A DNA stretch of 64,000 nt from NCBI GenBank assembly GCA_964016885.1, contig OZ024746.1, positions 34,348,001 to 34,412,000 of the forward strand, in the 5' to 3' direction. The stretch is from Eledone cirrhosa (lineage: Eukaryota). Within the stretch, counting starts at the first letter, position 1. Each line of letters starts with the position of its first letter. The translations under genes and the position numbers were made by a program. Below are positions 23,748 to 36,917 of the stretch, piece by piece. Below the pieces are notes generated by a model, which searched no databases, was not told the DNA's origin, and saw only the letters and a program-made list of their open reading frames with translations.

Positions 23748-25944
23748 ATATTGGATTACACACGAAACTATGGAAATTATGAAGTTATATTACACAGTAT
23801 AACCGAAGCTATTCGCTAACACATTGAAAAGTGAACTGTGAAGATGATATAGTTTAACTTAACACTCTTCCATCCACATACACACATATACACACTAAAA
23901 CACCAACATCAGCATTACGACCACTGGAATATTTAAAATGAATGTAAGTCTCCCATTATTTTATGCAATTGTCGAACGAAAAACTTATTTTTCTTAACTG
24001 ATATCATAAAATTCAGTTGCAGCAACCTTCCGAATGTTTTCTTCCTGTTCGCGTTTCTACTCCTTGCTATTGTTCTTTTCAGTATTCTCTCCTTTCTAAA
24101 TTATATACGAAGCATAGAAAATATACTTCAAATGCGCAATATCTCCAAAATAGTGGTGACATCGGGCACTGCCATCTACGTCACCAAACCCCATCATATA
24201 TTACAATTATCTTTTTCTGCATTTCCTCCATTTTGCTCCATATCACCCAACTCCATTCTTCGTCATCTCACCAACAAGAAATATTTGTCAGGTCAAACAA
24301 AGCCTTGTGACAACTATTCACCTGAAGTTTATTTAGCTGAAAAACACACCACATACGATTTATTTTCTATGAATTGATATTCAGGCACTAACCCACTTAA
24401 TTGATTTTATGTTCATTTATTTTTTTGTTTATCACTATCTCCTATTTATTATCATTAATAGATTTTACACCATCCTTTTCGACTGATTCTTAACATCATC
24501 ATCATGCGGATCTTTTATAATTTGATTTATTTTATTTTAATTTATTTCATTCTGTTTATCAACTTCGCTTATATATTATAATTCTCATCTCATACACCAT
24601 TACCATATACTGTTTCTTATCATAATCATCATAAGCACAATCAATTCAATAAATTCCATAGAAGTATCTTTTAGCTAATCACGATCGTATTTATTTATTT
24701 TCCATTAAATTATAGCCACTAGCTCATTTCACTTGTTTTATTTATCATCATCTCTTATTTACTATTATCATCATCATCTTAACAACTTATCTTTACTGGC
24801 GCTTCCTAGCTATTCATCAACATTCCCTCTCAAAACATTATTCTACATTCTTCCACTGCGTCTACCCCAGACTCATCCTTTCTATTGCCATTATCTTCCT
24901 TATTTCCTCTTCATTCTTTTTCATTTTTACACTCTATGTTTCTTTCGTATTTCATTTATTTTATGCTATTTTAGCTTGTGTTGTTCTTTTTGTCTCCATT
25001 AGACCATAGTCTACCTCTCTTTTGTTGTCTTCCCCTCCGTGATATTCTCTGTATACATTCTACTTTTCGTTTCTTCCTTCCTCATATGATCAATATTACT
25101 GATCATATCACCCATAAAACCATTCTCTTTATAAATCTATCCCATCCAAAAGAAGGTCCCACACTCCTGTGCTTTCATAATCATATGTCTTCTTTTTCTT
25201 TTTTGTTTTGCTCCGTGGGACAGGTGTCATACTGGGTCAGCTATATCAAAAGCGTCATCATGTGTAGAGCCGACTAAGTCCAGCAGTACCTTCTATTGCT
25301 GGTGATCCCGTGCCAGACACACTGCATCATCGCATGTGATGTTGAGCAACTGGAGATAATACTACGTTAGGTTTCTGCTCTATAGTGGAAAACGGAAAGA
25401 CCCGACACAATATAGATACGGAGCATTATCTCTCGAGATATAGATCAGTTGCGTCAAGGGGTTTCCATAGGGAATGCTTGACCCCGATTACGAGAACACA
25501 TCTCCGGTTGACTTTCGATGTCAGGTTTCCATTGTTGGGGACTGTCGAGACATGGAAAATGAATGAACTGACAAATTCCACGACGTCGGACCCAATACTT
25601 TTGCAGCACTCCAAAAGACCCATCTTCCCGTGTTCACGGGTTGAAACAACATCTGTTGATCTATAGTATACATCACTGCTCCCCGCTTCCATACATCTCC
25701 CACGTCATAACACTCAACGCTTCACCATCTAAGTATCCCACCCTAGACCTACCGCTACCATCCCCTCCCATCATTCACCTAACCCCACTTTCGCCATCTG
25801 TTACACCTATCGTGATCAACCCATATGTGCAATCATGGAAAGCTTATCAGGCTCTCCCATGATGCTGGGGACACGGCAACAATCTCCTAGTCCCCCAAGT
25901 AAGGTGCTCATGTTGATGCCATGATGAAAGTGAACTTAGTCCTT

Positions 25945-27584
25945 CCTTCTTTCTTCTTCAATGGCAATAATTACATACAAATTAGAGGCACAGCGATGGG
26001 AACGAAGTTTGCTCCCGTTTACGCGAACTCTGTAATGGGATACTTAGAAGAACAACTCTACCAAGAAATAGAGGAAACATATAGTACTGACTTTAGAAAG
26101 TACATTGAAAAATCTTGGAAGAGATACCTTGACGACTGTTTCATCACCTGGACAGAATCTCTAGATACTCTGGATGAGTTCAATATCCTCCTGAATAACC
26201 TACACCCATCTCTCCAATTCACAAAAGAGATGAGTAGGACCAAATTACCATTCCTAGATATAATGATAATCGAAAACGACACCACCATTACCACGGATAC
26301 ATATTATAAACACACAGACACCCATCAATATCTGAATTTTAAGTCGTGCCATCCACCTCATACAAAACGCAACATCCCATACTGCCTAGCCAGAAGAATT
26401 TGTACCATTGTAAAGATACGAATACCAGGTATAAACGCCTAACAGAACTAAGAGAATGTTTGCTCAAACAAAAATACCCATCCCTACTTATAGAAAATGG
26501 CATACAGCGGGCTATAAAAATACCTATACAACAACTTAGGACAACCCAAGGAAGAAGAAACCAAGAACTGGTCATACCATTTATAATGACACACAACCCA
26601 TGTCACCAGAATATCTTCAACACTGCCAAAGCAAACCTACCGATCATTGCTCAAAGTAATGAATTAAAAGGCTTAATCACAGATCGATCTTTGACTCTTA
26701 GTAAAAGACAGCCAAAAAATTTGAAGCAATTTCTAGCAAAAGCAAAGTTTGACCTTAACAACAAAGACCAATCATTCACTGTATCTAAATGCAATGATAG
26801 TCGATGCGGCACATGTAAATCCATACACGCCGGTCAATATATGAAAACAAAAACTGGAAAAATATTCCCAAATTCAAATATGAACTGCAATAAGCAGAAA
26901 TCTAATTTACTGCATTAAATGCCCGAATTGTGAAGAACTATATGTCGGTCAAACTGGAAATGCACTATCAGAACGTGCACGGGTACACCGTCAGAAAATC
27001 AGAGACCCAAATGTCCGTCAGATACCCCTAAGTAACCATCTAGCAACATGTGGTCAGGGAATATTTATAATATTCCAATTCTACACATTACACAGCCCAA
27101 GTGAAATCAAGAGAAACATCAAAGAAAAGAATGTTATTGATAAATTCAAACCCAAGCTAAATGAACAATAATAGTGCTTAGGGGTATTACTTCTACTATG
27201 ACTATGACTACGACCACTAACAACAACAACAATAACAATAATAAAAGTGATGTTGATGGTGATGATTATTAGAAAATATTATTTTCATCATTTCTTAAAA
27301 TAGCAAAACAATTGATGCTTTGGACAGGATCAATTAGTGGTCGTTAGTCATGCTCAACCAACCATGACGCCTAAACCAATCAGCTTTAGTAATTCAGTGA
27401 AACTACACACCGATTGGTCGAAATACAGTTTGCAAGATTTAGCATTCTGGAGCCACTTTTCACTGTATATAAGGTACACAATTTACCCATCTCATTACAG
27501 TTGAAAATTGCAAACATGACTGTCACCACACATTATGAACCTGAAGATTGCGAAAGCATGAAAGTATTGTACAAGTAACACTTA

Positions 27585-27585
<1 letters not shown>
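25945..27585 (+). mobile_element. 5'-truncated, frameshifted PLE (Neptune-like)
   Basis: GTAMGTKFAPVYAN, WKRYLDDCF, LPFLD, TDTHQYLNFKSCHP, CNDSRCGTC, CPNCEELYVGQTG, KPKLN; HHR-like motif at the 3' end next to (CA/TA)n. Confidence 0.88.
27536..27573 (+). ncRNA. Degenerate minimal hammerhead motif
   Basis: TGAAC-CTGAAGA-TTGC(GAAA)GCAT-GAAA-GTA-TT-GTACA; stem I has one mismatch. Confidence 0.5.
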
Positions 27586-27634
<49 letters not shown>

Positions 27635-28982
27635 GTGTATGTTTGTATGTATGTATACATATCCATACCTATACACACATATACAGTCAGACAGACAAAT
27701 ACACAAACATATATATGCATTTGTATTCACCGAAAATTGAACATAGGCGTACCAAATTAAACAGAATGTGGTATCATCGTTTGTTCTTTACATCGTTTCC
27801 CATTCAAAGCACATTATAAGAAACCAAATCCTTAATACCCAAATCATATGTGAAAAATTAAGAATTCTCGTGTAAATACAAGCTCATGATTTCTTTCTTT
27901 GCAAAATGTGTTCATTACTTGTTCTCAGTTTACATTTAATCCTATTATACATAGATGAAATAGGAAAAGGTGATTATAAAAGCTGAGAAACAGAAAAAAG
28001 TGTTTTCGTGAATTGATTTTTTTAAATTATTTTAGGTCTAATTTATTTAACAATCTTAAAATCTTTGCAGTAAGATGAAGAGGTAAATTTGAATTCATGG
28101 CGTAAACGTTTTCAGGAATTAAGAATATATGTTCTTATTTTTGGATCTTATATCTTGCATAACACCTTTTCCTATCGTTAAATTAATCTGTTTGGAACGA
28201 GTCGTGTATATAGAAGTTCCATATCTTCATTTGTACCATTTCTCTTGATTTTTGTTAATGTATTCGATAAATCTTGATGTTAGTGTTGCTGTTGTTCTTA
28301 TTGTTAGTGTTCATTCCTTTGTTTGGTGTTGCTATTGTTTACTCTATATAATTTATATTGTGGTATATGTATATATTTTTTATGTTATGATTGTTTTTGT
28401 TATTTTTCTTTTCTTTTGGTGTCTATTGAATAGCTAGTTTAAACTTTCTTATTTACACTACTTCAAAACATCAACTACACCAGTACCACAATCATGATGA
28501 CGATGATGTAGACACTGATAGAAATGATGATAATGATGATGATGATGATGATGATTATGATGATGATGATCATCATCATCATCCACATCAACATCATCGT
28601 CATCATCATCATCGTTTTTTTACAATCTATATCCACCTCACTCATACCATTAAGATAACGTTTGTGTGAAGTTAGAGCGTGTGGATATCTGTATATATGC
28701 GCCCTCGAGTATGTGTGCTATTCTATTTCCAAGTGTATCTACATTCATGCGAATATGTGTAAGTATCAAATGAATTGATAAAAAATATATTGTTGCACAT
28801 ATCAGTCTCATGTGAAGAATATTTTGATGTTGCTACCGTCACACACCCATACATACATACCTTATATACCAAACACACACAAACGTCTAGTTGTACATAC
28901 ATATAATACATATATACATATATAAATACACACACACTCACACACATATACACACATATATATATATATATATTTATTTATT

Positions 28983-29065
<83 letters not shown>

Positions 29066-29068
29066 ACG

Positions 29069-29108
<40 letters not shown>

Positions 29109-30045
29109 CATATATATACACATATATATATATATACATATACGTATATATATATATATATACATGTATACTGTGTGCGTTTATATATATATAGGGGGGT
29201 GTCAAGATGTAGTTTTCACACCTCATGTCTTAGATACATATCTACTAAAAGCCAGGTATAACAAATTAATGATGGATGATAAAAAAGCAAGAGCAGATCT
29301 GTACGATCACATATGCAAAGAGTGGTGTAAAATTACGATTCTTCCTCAAACAATTTTAGTGTCTTTTCTAATATTTTTGTGTTCTACTGTTCATTCTGTT
29401 TTGCGTGTTATCACCTAAGATTAAATGTGAAAATATTTAGAGATATATATTTATCTTCAGTTTCAAATGTAAAGGCGAAATGACGGACAGTTTTTAATAT
29501 ATATCTTTTGTCATATTTCAAATATACAAAAGAAATATCTGCACTGGAAGCATATACCAATGTGTGTTTGCATGAATATATGAATAATAGTAATATATGA
29601 ATACTAGTAATTGTTTCTGATTTAGATATAAGGCCAGCCATTTAGATGGAGGGGAAATCGATTAAATATAACCCAGTGCGTTATTGATTCTTTATGGTAT
29701 CGACCCCTTAATGATTAAAGGCAAAGTAATGCCAGCGCGGTGTGCGCTCCAAAGGCGAAAGGACGTAATTATGTTCCATAAACCTGTTGCCCGTATCTCT
29801 ACAGATGTTGCTAATCCCCACCCCATTTATGATTAATGATACTGATATCTACGTATCATTTAGGGTAGGTTAATGCTGTTAATATTGAACGCATTGCTCG
29901 ACTGAAAAGCAAAGTTAACATATGTGTTATGTGAACTCAGAACGTAAAGGCACCGATGGGATTACTGATAATTTCCCTGAAGCAGTACGTACTTTGCCAA
30001 CACCCTTGCACAGAACATGTTGAAGTATCGAAAGAGAAACATTTA

Positions 30046-30800
30046 TTTATTTATTAGCTACTGGGATCGAAATGTAGAGGACAATACAAAAACTTGGGAG
30101 AGTAGGAATTTACAAATAGCTTTTAAAACCGTGTAAAACGGGTAAGGGGTAACAATTATCAACAAAATGACAACAATAACATTCTCCAACAGGCGGGGGA
30201 ATCAGGCTGGCATTACCTCGGAGCCTCATTAATTCCAAATGACAGTAATCTCCAAGATGTACAAATGGTGACCACAACTATTCCCCGTTTAGAAATATCT
30301 CGCTATGCCATAGTCTTAGCATAAGTGTGCGCATCATATGTCAAGGCATGCTCAACCACCCATGTAAAGGGGGGTGGCAGCAGATGAACCGTCTCACAAG
30401 CGGAGACTGACTCTTCCACAAGAAGTAAAAGGGCATTCCTTGGAGGCTAGGTCTTCTTGCACCGGATTAAAGCATGATGGTCCGGAGTACTAGATGAGGG
30501 ACGCATCCACAACCTCCGTACAACCTTTCACGGATAGCCATTTTGTGTATGAGTGTGACTCTGTTCATTTTGCTATCCCGATTTCTGTACACCTTGTGGA
30601 GCGGACGTATCCAGGACCCAAGACATTTAACGGTTTCGTCAATCCATCGTCCAATGACGCTGTTGATGACATGGATTTGCTTGCCCAGGTACAGAGCTAA
30701 AAACACAGAGATTTATGCAAGCTGTTATTTGCACCCGTCAACGATTCATTTTAATCTAAGTAGCAATGGACGAACTCGATTTCCGAGTAATGGCTGGCGA
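30046..30800 (-). mobile_element. Decayed L1/Tx1 3' fragment
   Basis: 3' UTR resembles 23102-23300; minus-strand remnants VEHAL and GGCGCVPHL (GGLG-like); boundaries approximate. Confidence 0.5.
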
Positions 30801-31300
30801 ATCACCACATAAGAGAGCGGGTGATTTTAAACAACAGAGCGGGTTATTTTAAACGATTCCGAAACCATATATATAGGCAGAAACACTAGATGTCTAAGAA
30901 ATATGATCATGGTATCCATTAGTTTTATATACAAGACTTTCAAATATACGGAGCAAAATTCATTTTAAGCTTACATAATGATATAGTACAAAGATCATAA
31001 ATTGCACATTGTTCAAACTATTATCTCACCTTCGAAAAGACTATGCTCATTAGAAATCTATCAGTACGAATTAACATATTGAATGAAAGGTTGTTTTCAT
31101 TGGCTCACAATCACATGGTCATTGATGGAGGTTTTTTGAAATATTATTTGCAAAAATTGTATCCTGCGGATGACAACAGCTTTTACAAGAATTTCAATGC
31201 AGACATAATGAAATTGTATTCATGGCGCCATTTTACCAGAAAATTATAGATCGGTGACCCGAATAATCTTTTCGATTTAATATGTACATTTCTTATCATA

Positions 31301-31345
<45 letters not shown>

Positions 31346-31530
31346 GCAAATCTGTAAGAGTCTGTTGATTATACGACCAACCACTTATCGGCTCATTTGT
31401 ATATACATACATATATATGGATGTGTGTGTATATATATATATATATAGTTGTGTATAATGGTAGCTAAGGTGCTTCAATAAGCGGTATGCCAAAATTAGC
31501 ACTCGATATTCATCAGAATAGAATGTATAT

Positions 31531-31812
31531 ATTATAAAGAAAAAAAAAATCAGTGATGCATCTGGACTTAATTTATTGTGTGTTACAATTGTTTCTCCGG
31601 CAGGTAGCTCGAGACGTGGTCCTTATATGGATCCGGCTGATTCTACTTCTGTGATAAATTTTGCTCCTAACGAAATATTCGTTTCTGAATGAACCCGCAG
31701 AAATAGAATCAGCCGGTTCCAAATAAGGACCACGTCTCGGTCTACCTGGTGGAAAAATAATTTTAACACGCAATAAATTAAGTCCAGATGCATCACTTAC
31801 TTATCCTTTTCT

Positions 31813-31819
<7 letters not shown>
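31531..31819. repeat. ~120-bp-arm inverted repeat, probably inverted PLE pLTR remnants
   Basis: 31531-31651 is complementary to 31698-31819; the left arm on minus reads GAAA-CAATTG-TA-ACAC-AC-AATAAA (HHR 3' half plus polyA signal); abuts (TA)n. Confidence 0.7.
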
Positions 31820-31904
<85 letters not shown>

Positions 31905-31907
<3 letters not shown>

Positions 31908-33960
31908 GGTATAGGATTATCCAAGATGTAGTAATGGTTAATTACTACACTGGATATGGTTGACGTACGGTAAGAGGTTACTCTACGAGTTATGGAAGAA
32001 TTGTTGAAGAAACTTAATTCCTGATCCTTCTGTATTCCGGAGTGTATATAAAGAATGAATAATAACAGGTAGACATCATAAAAAGGTAATTTATTCCGTG
32101 TGCTTACAAGTGTTTCCACGGTGGTACTACAGCCGAGTTATGCTATGTGCAAATTCACAAGTACTTGCAGAACTCAAATATCCAATGCTGTGACCACTGT
32201 TTCCTCAGAGCAGAATGGTAAAATATACAATGTAAATACCCTTAAGTGGGGTTGTTGGGGAAGATAGAGTAGAAAAGGAAGAGAGAAAAGTAGAGGTTGG
32301 AGAAGTAGGAGAGAGTGGTTTGTAGATATCTTAATCAAAATGTTATGGTAGGGGTTTTATTATACTGGTTACTTTTGGAGAGATGCGTTGATAGTTAAGG
32401 TCGGAATTATTTATTGCCCCAAAGGGCAGGTTCATAGATGTTGAGAGGGAGGTAGGCTAAAGGCGAGAGAAAGAGAGTGTAATGGATGTAGAGAGAGAGG
32501 TAGAGAGGAGACAGACGAAGTTTGTGTGGTGAGTGAACTTTGGGTTTGTAGTAGTAATCTAGGAATTGCACTGAGTTACCATTTATAGTGATAAGCAGTG
32601 TATTGTCTTGTAGTGTGGGGGAAAGAGAAGGTGGTTAGCTAGAAAGCGGTGTTATAGTTACGGGTTCGAATGTTAAGTTATTATAGTGAGAGAATTTAGC
32701 TTTTAGTTTGTGGTTGCAGTATAATGATCGTTCAATTCTATCGTTAAGTAGTTTGTTTTTGGATTTGAATATGTAAAAGAGCTCAAGGTTACATAACCTG
32801 CAGTACTTCAATCCACTCCGATATGCATTTGCGCTGGAAAGTATATCCCATTTTAAGGTGAACTGTTGGTTGTGTTCACGGAGTTGCCAGGTCTTGTTGG
32901 CGAGCGTGGTCACAAAACGGTGATTAGGATGTTTGATTGAGAATCGATGACGGTACCAGCGAGATTTAAACGCGGTGGTGGTAATCCGATATAATACCAT
33001 TTCTGGTCGTTCGATTCAACCGTGCATTGGTAAACAATGTTGGACTTTAGGCATTCATTCTTCAATGGACATCTTTCAGGTAGATGGCAGTTACATTCTT
33101 TGTTGTGGGTAGCGGGTATACCATGGATAGGTTGTGATAGCGGTACAGGTGGGTTGTGTAATACCCGTCTCCCATTTAGTGGTTGGGAGGCAGATATTGC
33201 GTTCTGCCCATCTGTTATAAAATGTTTTGTTTTGTAGAGTTGTTTAATTGCCTTAAGTTAAGTTTTTTTATGTATGCTTCAAGGTTTGGTGCCGTGGAGT
33301 ATTATAGTCTAATAGTTTTAGAGTTCAGAATTTTGCTGTATTTATGGGAACTAGGGAAGTGTTTGTTGATTAACTTAAAGAATGAAAGAGATAGTTTTGT
33401 ACTAATCGAGGCATTAAAAATAGGATTGTACCAGATATACTTTCTACAACGTGATTTATTTGGTGGTGATTTTCTATTATTAGTATGTCTGGTAGTACTG
33501 TGTGTGTGTGCTTGTATTTTAGTCCACCGGTTACGTATTCCTTGATTTCGTGTAGAGCTATGTGTGTTATGGAAATTATTATCAATGTATTCTATTGTAT
33601 CCCGGTGGTCAGCATTCCTTAATGCATTATTGTAGTATTCAGCGTGTTCACTAAAAATATCAGAGTTAGACGATAGGCGAGAGATTCTAAGAGAAATACT
33701 CCGGGGAACTGATTTGATCATGGAGAGTGGGTGGTTAGAGTTAAAGTTAATATACGTAAGGTTCTCATTCACCTTGTGGAAGGGTCGCATCTGTCCGGTA
33801 TTTAAATTAAGAGTTACGTCCAGAAAGTTTACTACTTTGAGTTCTGCAAGTACTTGTGAATTTGCACATAGCATAACTAGGCTGTAGTACCACCGTGGAA
33901 ACACTTGTAAGCACACGGATTAAATTACCTTTTTATGATGTCTACCTGTTATTATTCATT

Positions 33961-33969
<9 letters not shown>
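31905..33969 (-). mobile_element. 5'-truncated PLE (possibly Hydra-type) with an inverted pLTR piece
   Basis: VNFLDVTLNL, SNHPLS, IWYNPIFN, CNCHLPERCPLKNECLKSNIVYQC, TAFKSRWYRH, CRLCNLE; inverted repeat 32045-32178 / 33836-33969; (TA)n on both sides; clade is tentative. Confidence 0.88.
32101..32212 (-). ncRNA. Hammerhead ribozyme with ~85-nt extended stem II
   Basis: Minus strand: TGCT-CTGAGGA-AACAGTGGT-CACAGC...GCTGTAGT-ACCACCGTG-GAAA-CACTTG-TA-AGCA, then AATAAA 5 nt downstream. Confidence 0.7.
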
Positions 33970-34017
<48 letters not shown>

Positions 34018-34197
34018 ATATAATAGAAAACGACACCTACAGAGATACGACATCTATTAGTTTTATTATTATTAGACTTTGTATTAAAAAGTGTAAAAGA
34101 TACAATGTATCGTAGTTAAACTCCTTCATCGGGAGAGTACAGTAGTTCAGAGACTCGATAAAACAAATAAAAAAGAGGGGCTATATATGTACGTATA

Positions 34198-34244
<47 letters not shown>

Positions 34245-34248
<4 letters not shown>

Positions 34249-34520
34249 TTTTTATATGTTTTGCCTGTTTCTTGGTGTAAACCCGTGTATTAAAACCGAT
34301 ATTGTTTTACATTTGGGAGGATTACTTTCCCATAAAAACGACCCTCGTCATCTGACGTTCATTTCATTTTCATCCATAATTATGCGATTAATATAAACCA
34401 CGGTTAGCAGATGTTTATTTTATTTTCATATTTAATTGTCTGCTCTCTTCCATCACTTTCTGATGTCATCTCAATGACTATTCCGGCTTCTCTGTGACTA
34501 TTCTTGTATTATTTTCGTTT
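34245..34520 (-). mobile_element. Old diverged relative of the 9341-family terminus
   Basis: AAAACCGATATTGTTTTACATTTGGGAGG matches the family tail/pLTR junction; decayed HHR-like segment near 34437-34480. Confidence 0.5.
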
Positions 34521-34803
34521 ATCTTGTTGCATCACCAAATACCTCAAAATATAATTATGTATACACACAACGGCACTCATACACTTATACACAAACATAT
34601 ACACTCACACACACACATACACACACGCAAACACACACGCACACACACAAACACATGGACACACACATACACACACAGACGCATACATATATGTATAAGG
34701 AGGAGAAGAATGTGTGATAATTAACTTCTCGCTCCATTGTGTGATTAGTAATTGCCTCAAACTACTTTAATAGTACCTGTGATGTGGCAGCTACAACTTC
34801 AGT

Positions 34804-34874
<71 letters not shown>

Positions 34875-34957
34875 GGAGGTGAGTTTTATTGTAGTACAAT
34901 AAAGCAATGCAGATATCGGATAAGAAGCACTCTACAGTTTGTGGGACTGGAGTATGC

Positions 34958-35295
34958 ATAATATAAGATCAAAAGATGGTTAAAGGAGTTCCATATATTT
35001 TATTATGCGCATTTCAAAAACAAACATCATCATGCAATAATATTTGTGTTTTCATCAGTTAAAATAGGAGAACATGATATGAAGGCTAAAAAACACTTGT
35101 GGATAGTGCAGTTTTAAATCAACATATATGTTGATTTAAAACTGCACTATCCACAAGTGTTTTTTAGCCTTCATATCATGTTCTCCTGTTTTATCTGATG
35201 AAAACACAAATATTATTGCATGATGATGTTTGCTTTTGAAATGCGCATAATAAAATATATGGAACTCCTTTAACCATCTTTTGATCTTATATTAT
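34958..35295. mobile_element. 338-bp near-perfect palindrome carrying a hammerhead on each arm
   Basis: Symmetry axis at 35126/35127 with no spacer; only a few mismatches; adjacent to (TA)n. Confidence 0.9.
35191..35253 (+). ncRNA. Hammerhead ribozyme (mirror copy at 35000-35062 on minus)
   Basis: TTAT-CTGATGA-AAACACAAATATTATTGCATGATGATGTTTGCTTTT-GAAA-TGCGCA-TA-ATAA; palindromic stem III. Confidence 0.8.
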
Positions 35296-36351
35296 ATATA
35301 TATATATACAGTTTGTCCCCAAAAATGTTTACACTCTTTCGTTACCTGTTCAGGCAATAGTTATTAGAATGTTGTTTAAGTATGTATATATTGGGAGGGG
35401 GCACCCTGAATAGATTTAATAAACGCCAACAGAAGGTCGCACTGTAAAATATGCTTTGACATTTTAATTCCGTGAAATCACTAACGTATTTCGATGTCCC
35501 AGTTTCATCATACAAATATGACTCAGGACGATCTGATCAGGCAACCTCGACATAATTACATAACAGTGTTACTTTGAAGTCAAACATATCATGGACTATC
35601 TATAAAAATCGGGTGTATGTGTAAGGGACTACCTTCTCAGAGGTACCTCTAAACGAACTATATCGTAACGACTGTGATGAACTTTTTTTACAAGTAATTA
35701 CTTAAAGCAGTCTCAATCTTAAGAACGTTTGAGAGATTATCTGAAAATAAAATATTTCTAAAATCATCATTTCGCAAACGTTTACTTGATATATCTCACA
35801 GGCAAATTATTAAACAAACGGAAATCACCGATCAAATTTTTAATTCCATTATAACCCATAGGAAATGTTTATCATCTATTTTCACTTGCTGAGTTAATTT
35901 TGGAGTGGACTTTATAGTTATTTATTTTTTATACAGTTTTCTTTTCGTAGAGAAAATATGAAAAATGCTTTGTTAGGTATGTTATTTTTTTTTTTTCGTT
36001 TCTGCCGGCAATATTGAATTGTTTGCTTCCATCTTAGCTCTGATTTTTGAGATAGATGATCAAATATGTGTTCCTCCGGTCCATATTTGTCATAGTAAGT
36101 TTTTGTTTTCTAATTTATGTCAGTGAAATGTGGCAGTCGCAAAAGCATTTGCAGTCCTTCCGAGAGCGTATAAATGAACACTGTTACCATTTGTCAAGGA
36201 CAAATTCATGCAATTTGTAATGAAATTCACAGAGAAATAGGTATGTGATAAAGAAAGATGTAACTGCTGAGACAAGCAAGTCGGGCGATTACGTATGTCG
36301 TCAAATTTTGTCCATAAATATGTTCATGGTCAACGTAATCAAAATGTTGGC

Positions 36352-36449
36352 ACCACGTAACCCAGTACAACCTGGTCGAGTAGTAGACCACGTAACCCGG
36401 TGTAACCTAGTCGAGTAGTCGACCACGTAACCCGGTGTAACCTAGTCGA
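36352..36449. repeat. 35-bp minisatellite, ~2.8 copies
   Basis: ACCACGTAACCCRGTRYAACCTRGTCGAGTAGTMG units start at 36352, 36387 and 36422. Confidence 0.9.
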
Positions 36450-36539
36450 ATCTGGTCTGATGGGAAGGGCAAATCGAATCCCAGCAGAACACTTCTAATA
36501 AGACTAAGTGAAGTGTATTATTTACTATTCAATTTACGA

Positions 36540-36730
36540 GGGCGGTGGATTGGCAGTATCGGTAGAGGGCGGACGCCATGCTTTGACGCATAGAGATACG
36601 TCCCTTGCCAATCTGAGTTCAAATCCACCAAGGTTAAATTTGCCTTTCATCCTTACGGGGTCGATAAAATAAAGTACCAGTAATGCACTGGGTAATTGCT
36701 GGCCTTGTTCCTAAAGTAGAAACAATTATT
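36540..36730 (+). mobile_element. tRNA-derived SINE, copy 4
   Basis: Matches the SINE consensus; ATTATTT(T)ACTATTC on both flanks. Confidence 0.9.
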
Positions 36731-36917
36731 TACTATTCTGTTTTGTTTTGATACAGCGTGTTTGCGCATGCCATCACTTAGATTTGGGAATATGTTGAAG
36801 GAAGCATAGCATTATTTTTGGTCTGCAGAGATATTTCGTAATTCGAGCACAATTAGCCGACTGACGTTTCGCTACGGAACATAATTTGTGTTCTAAACAT
36901 TTTATGCTATATATATA

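Noticed and set aside
24000-25920. Possible very old PLE remnant
   Set aside because: Only compositional hints; no diagnostic motif could be read
34085-34140. Minus-strand CCGATGAAGGAGTTTAACTACGATAC, and similar traces near 25855-25905 (+) and 31465-31520 (-)
   Set aside because: Possibly decayed HHRs, but both core halves or the stems are broken, so they cannot be supported
36352-36449. 35-bp repeats resembling a CRISPR array
   Set aside because: The units are contiguous with no unique spacers, there are no cas genes, and the context is eukaryotic
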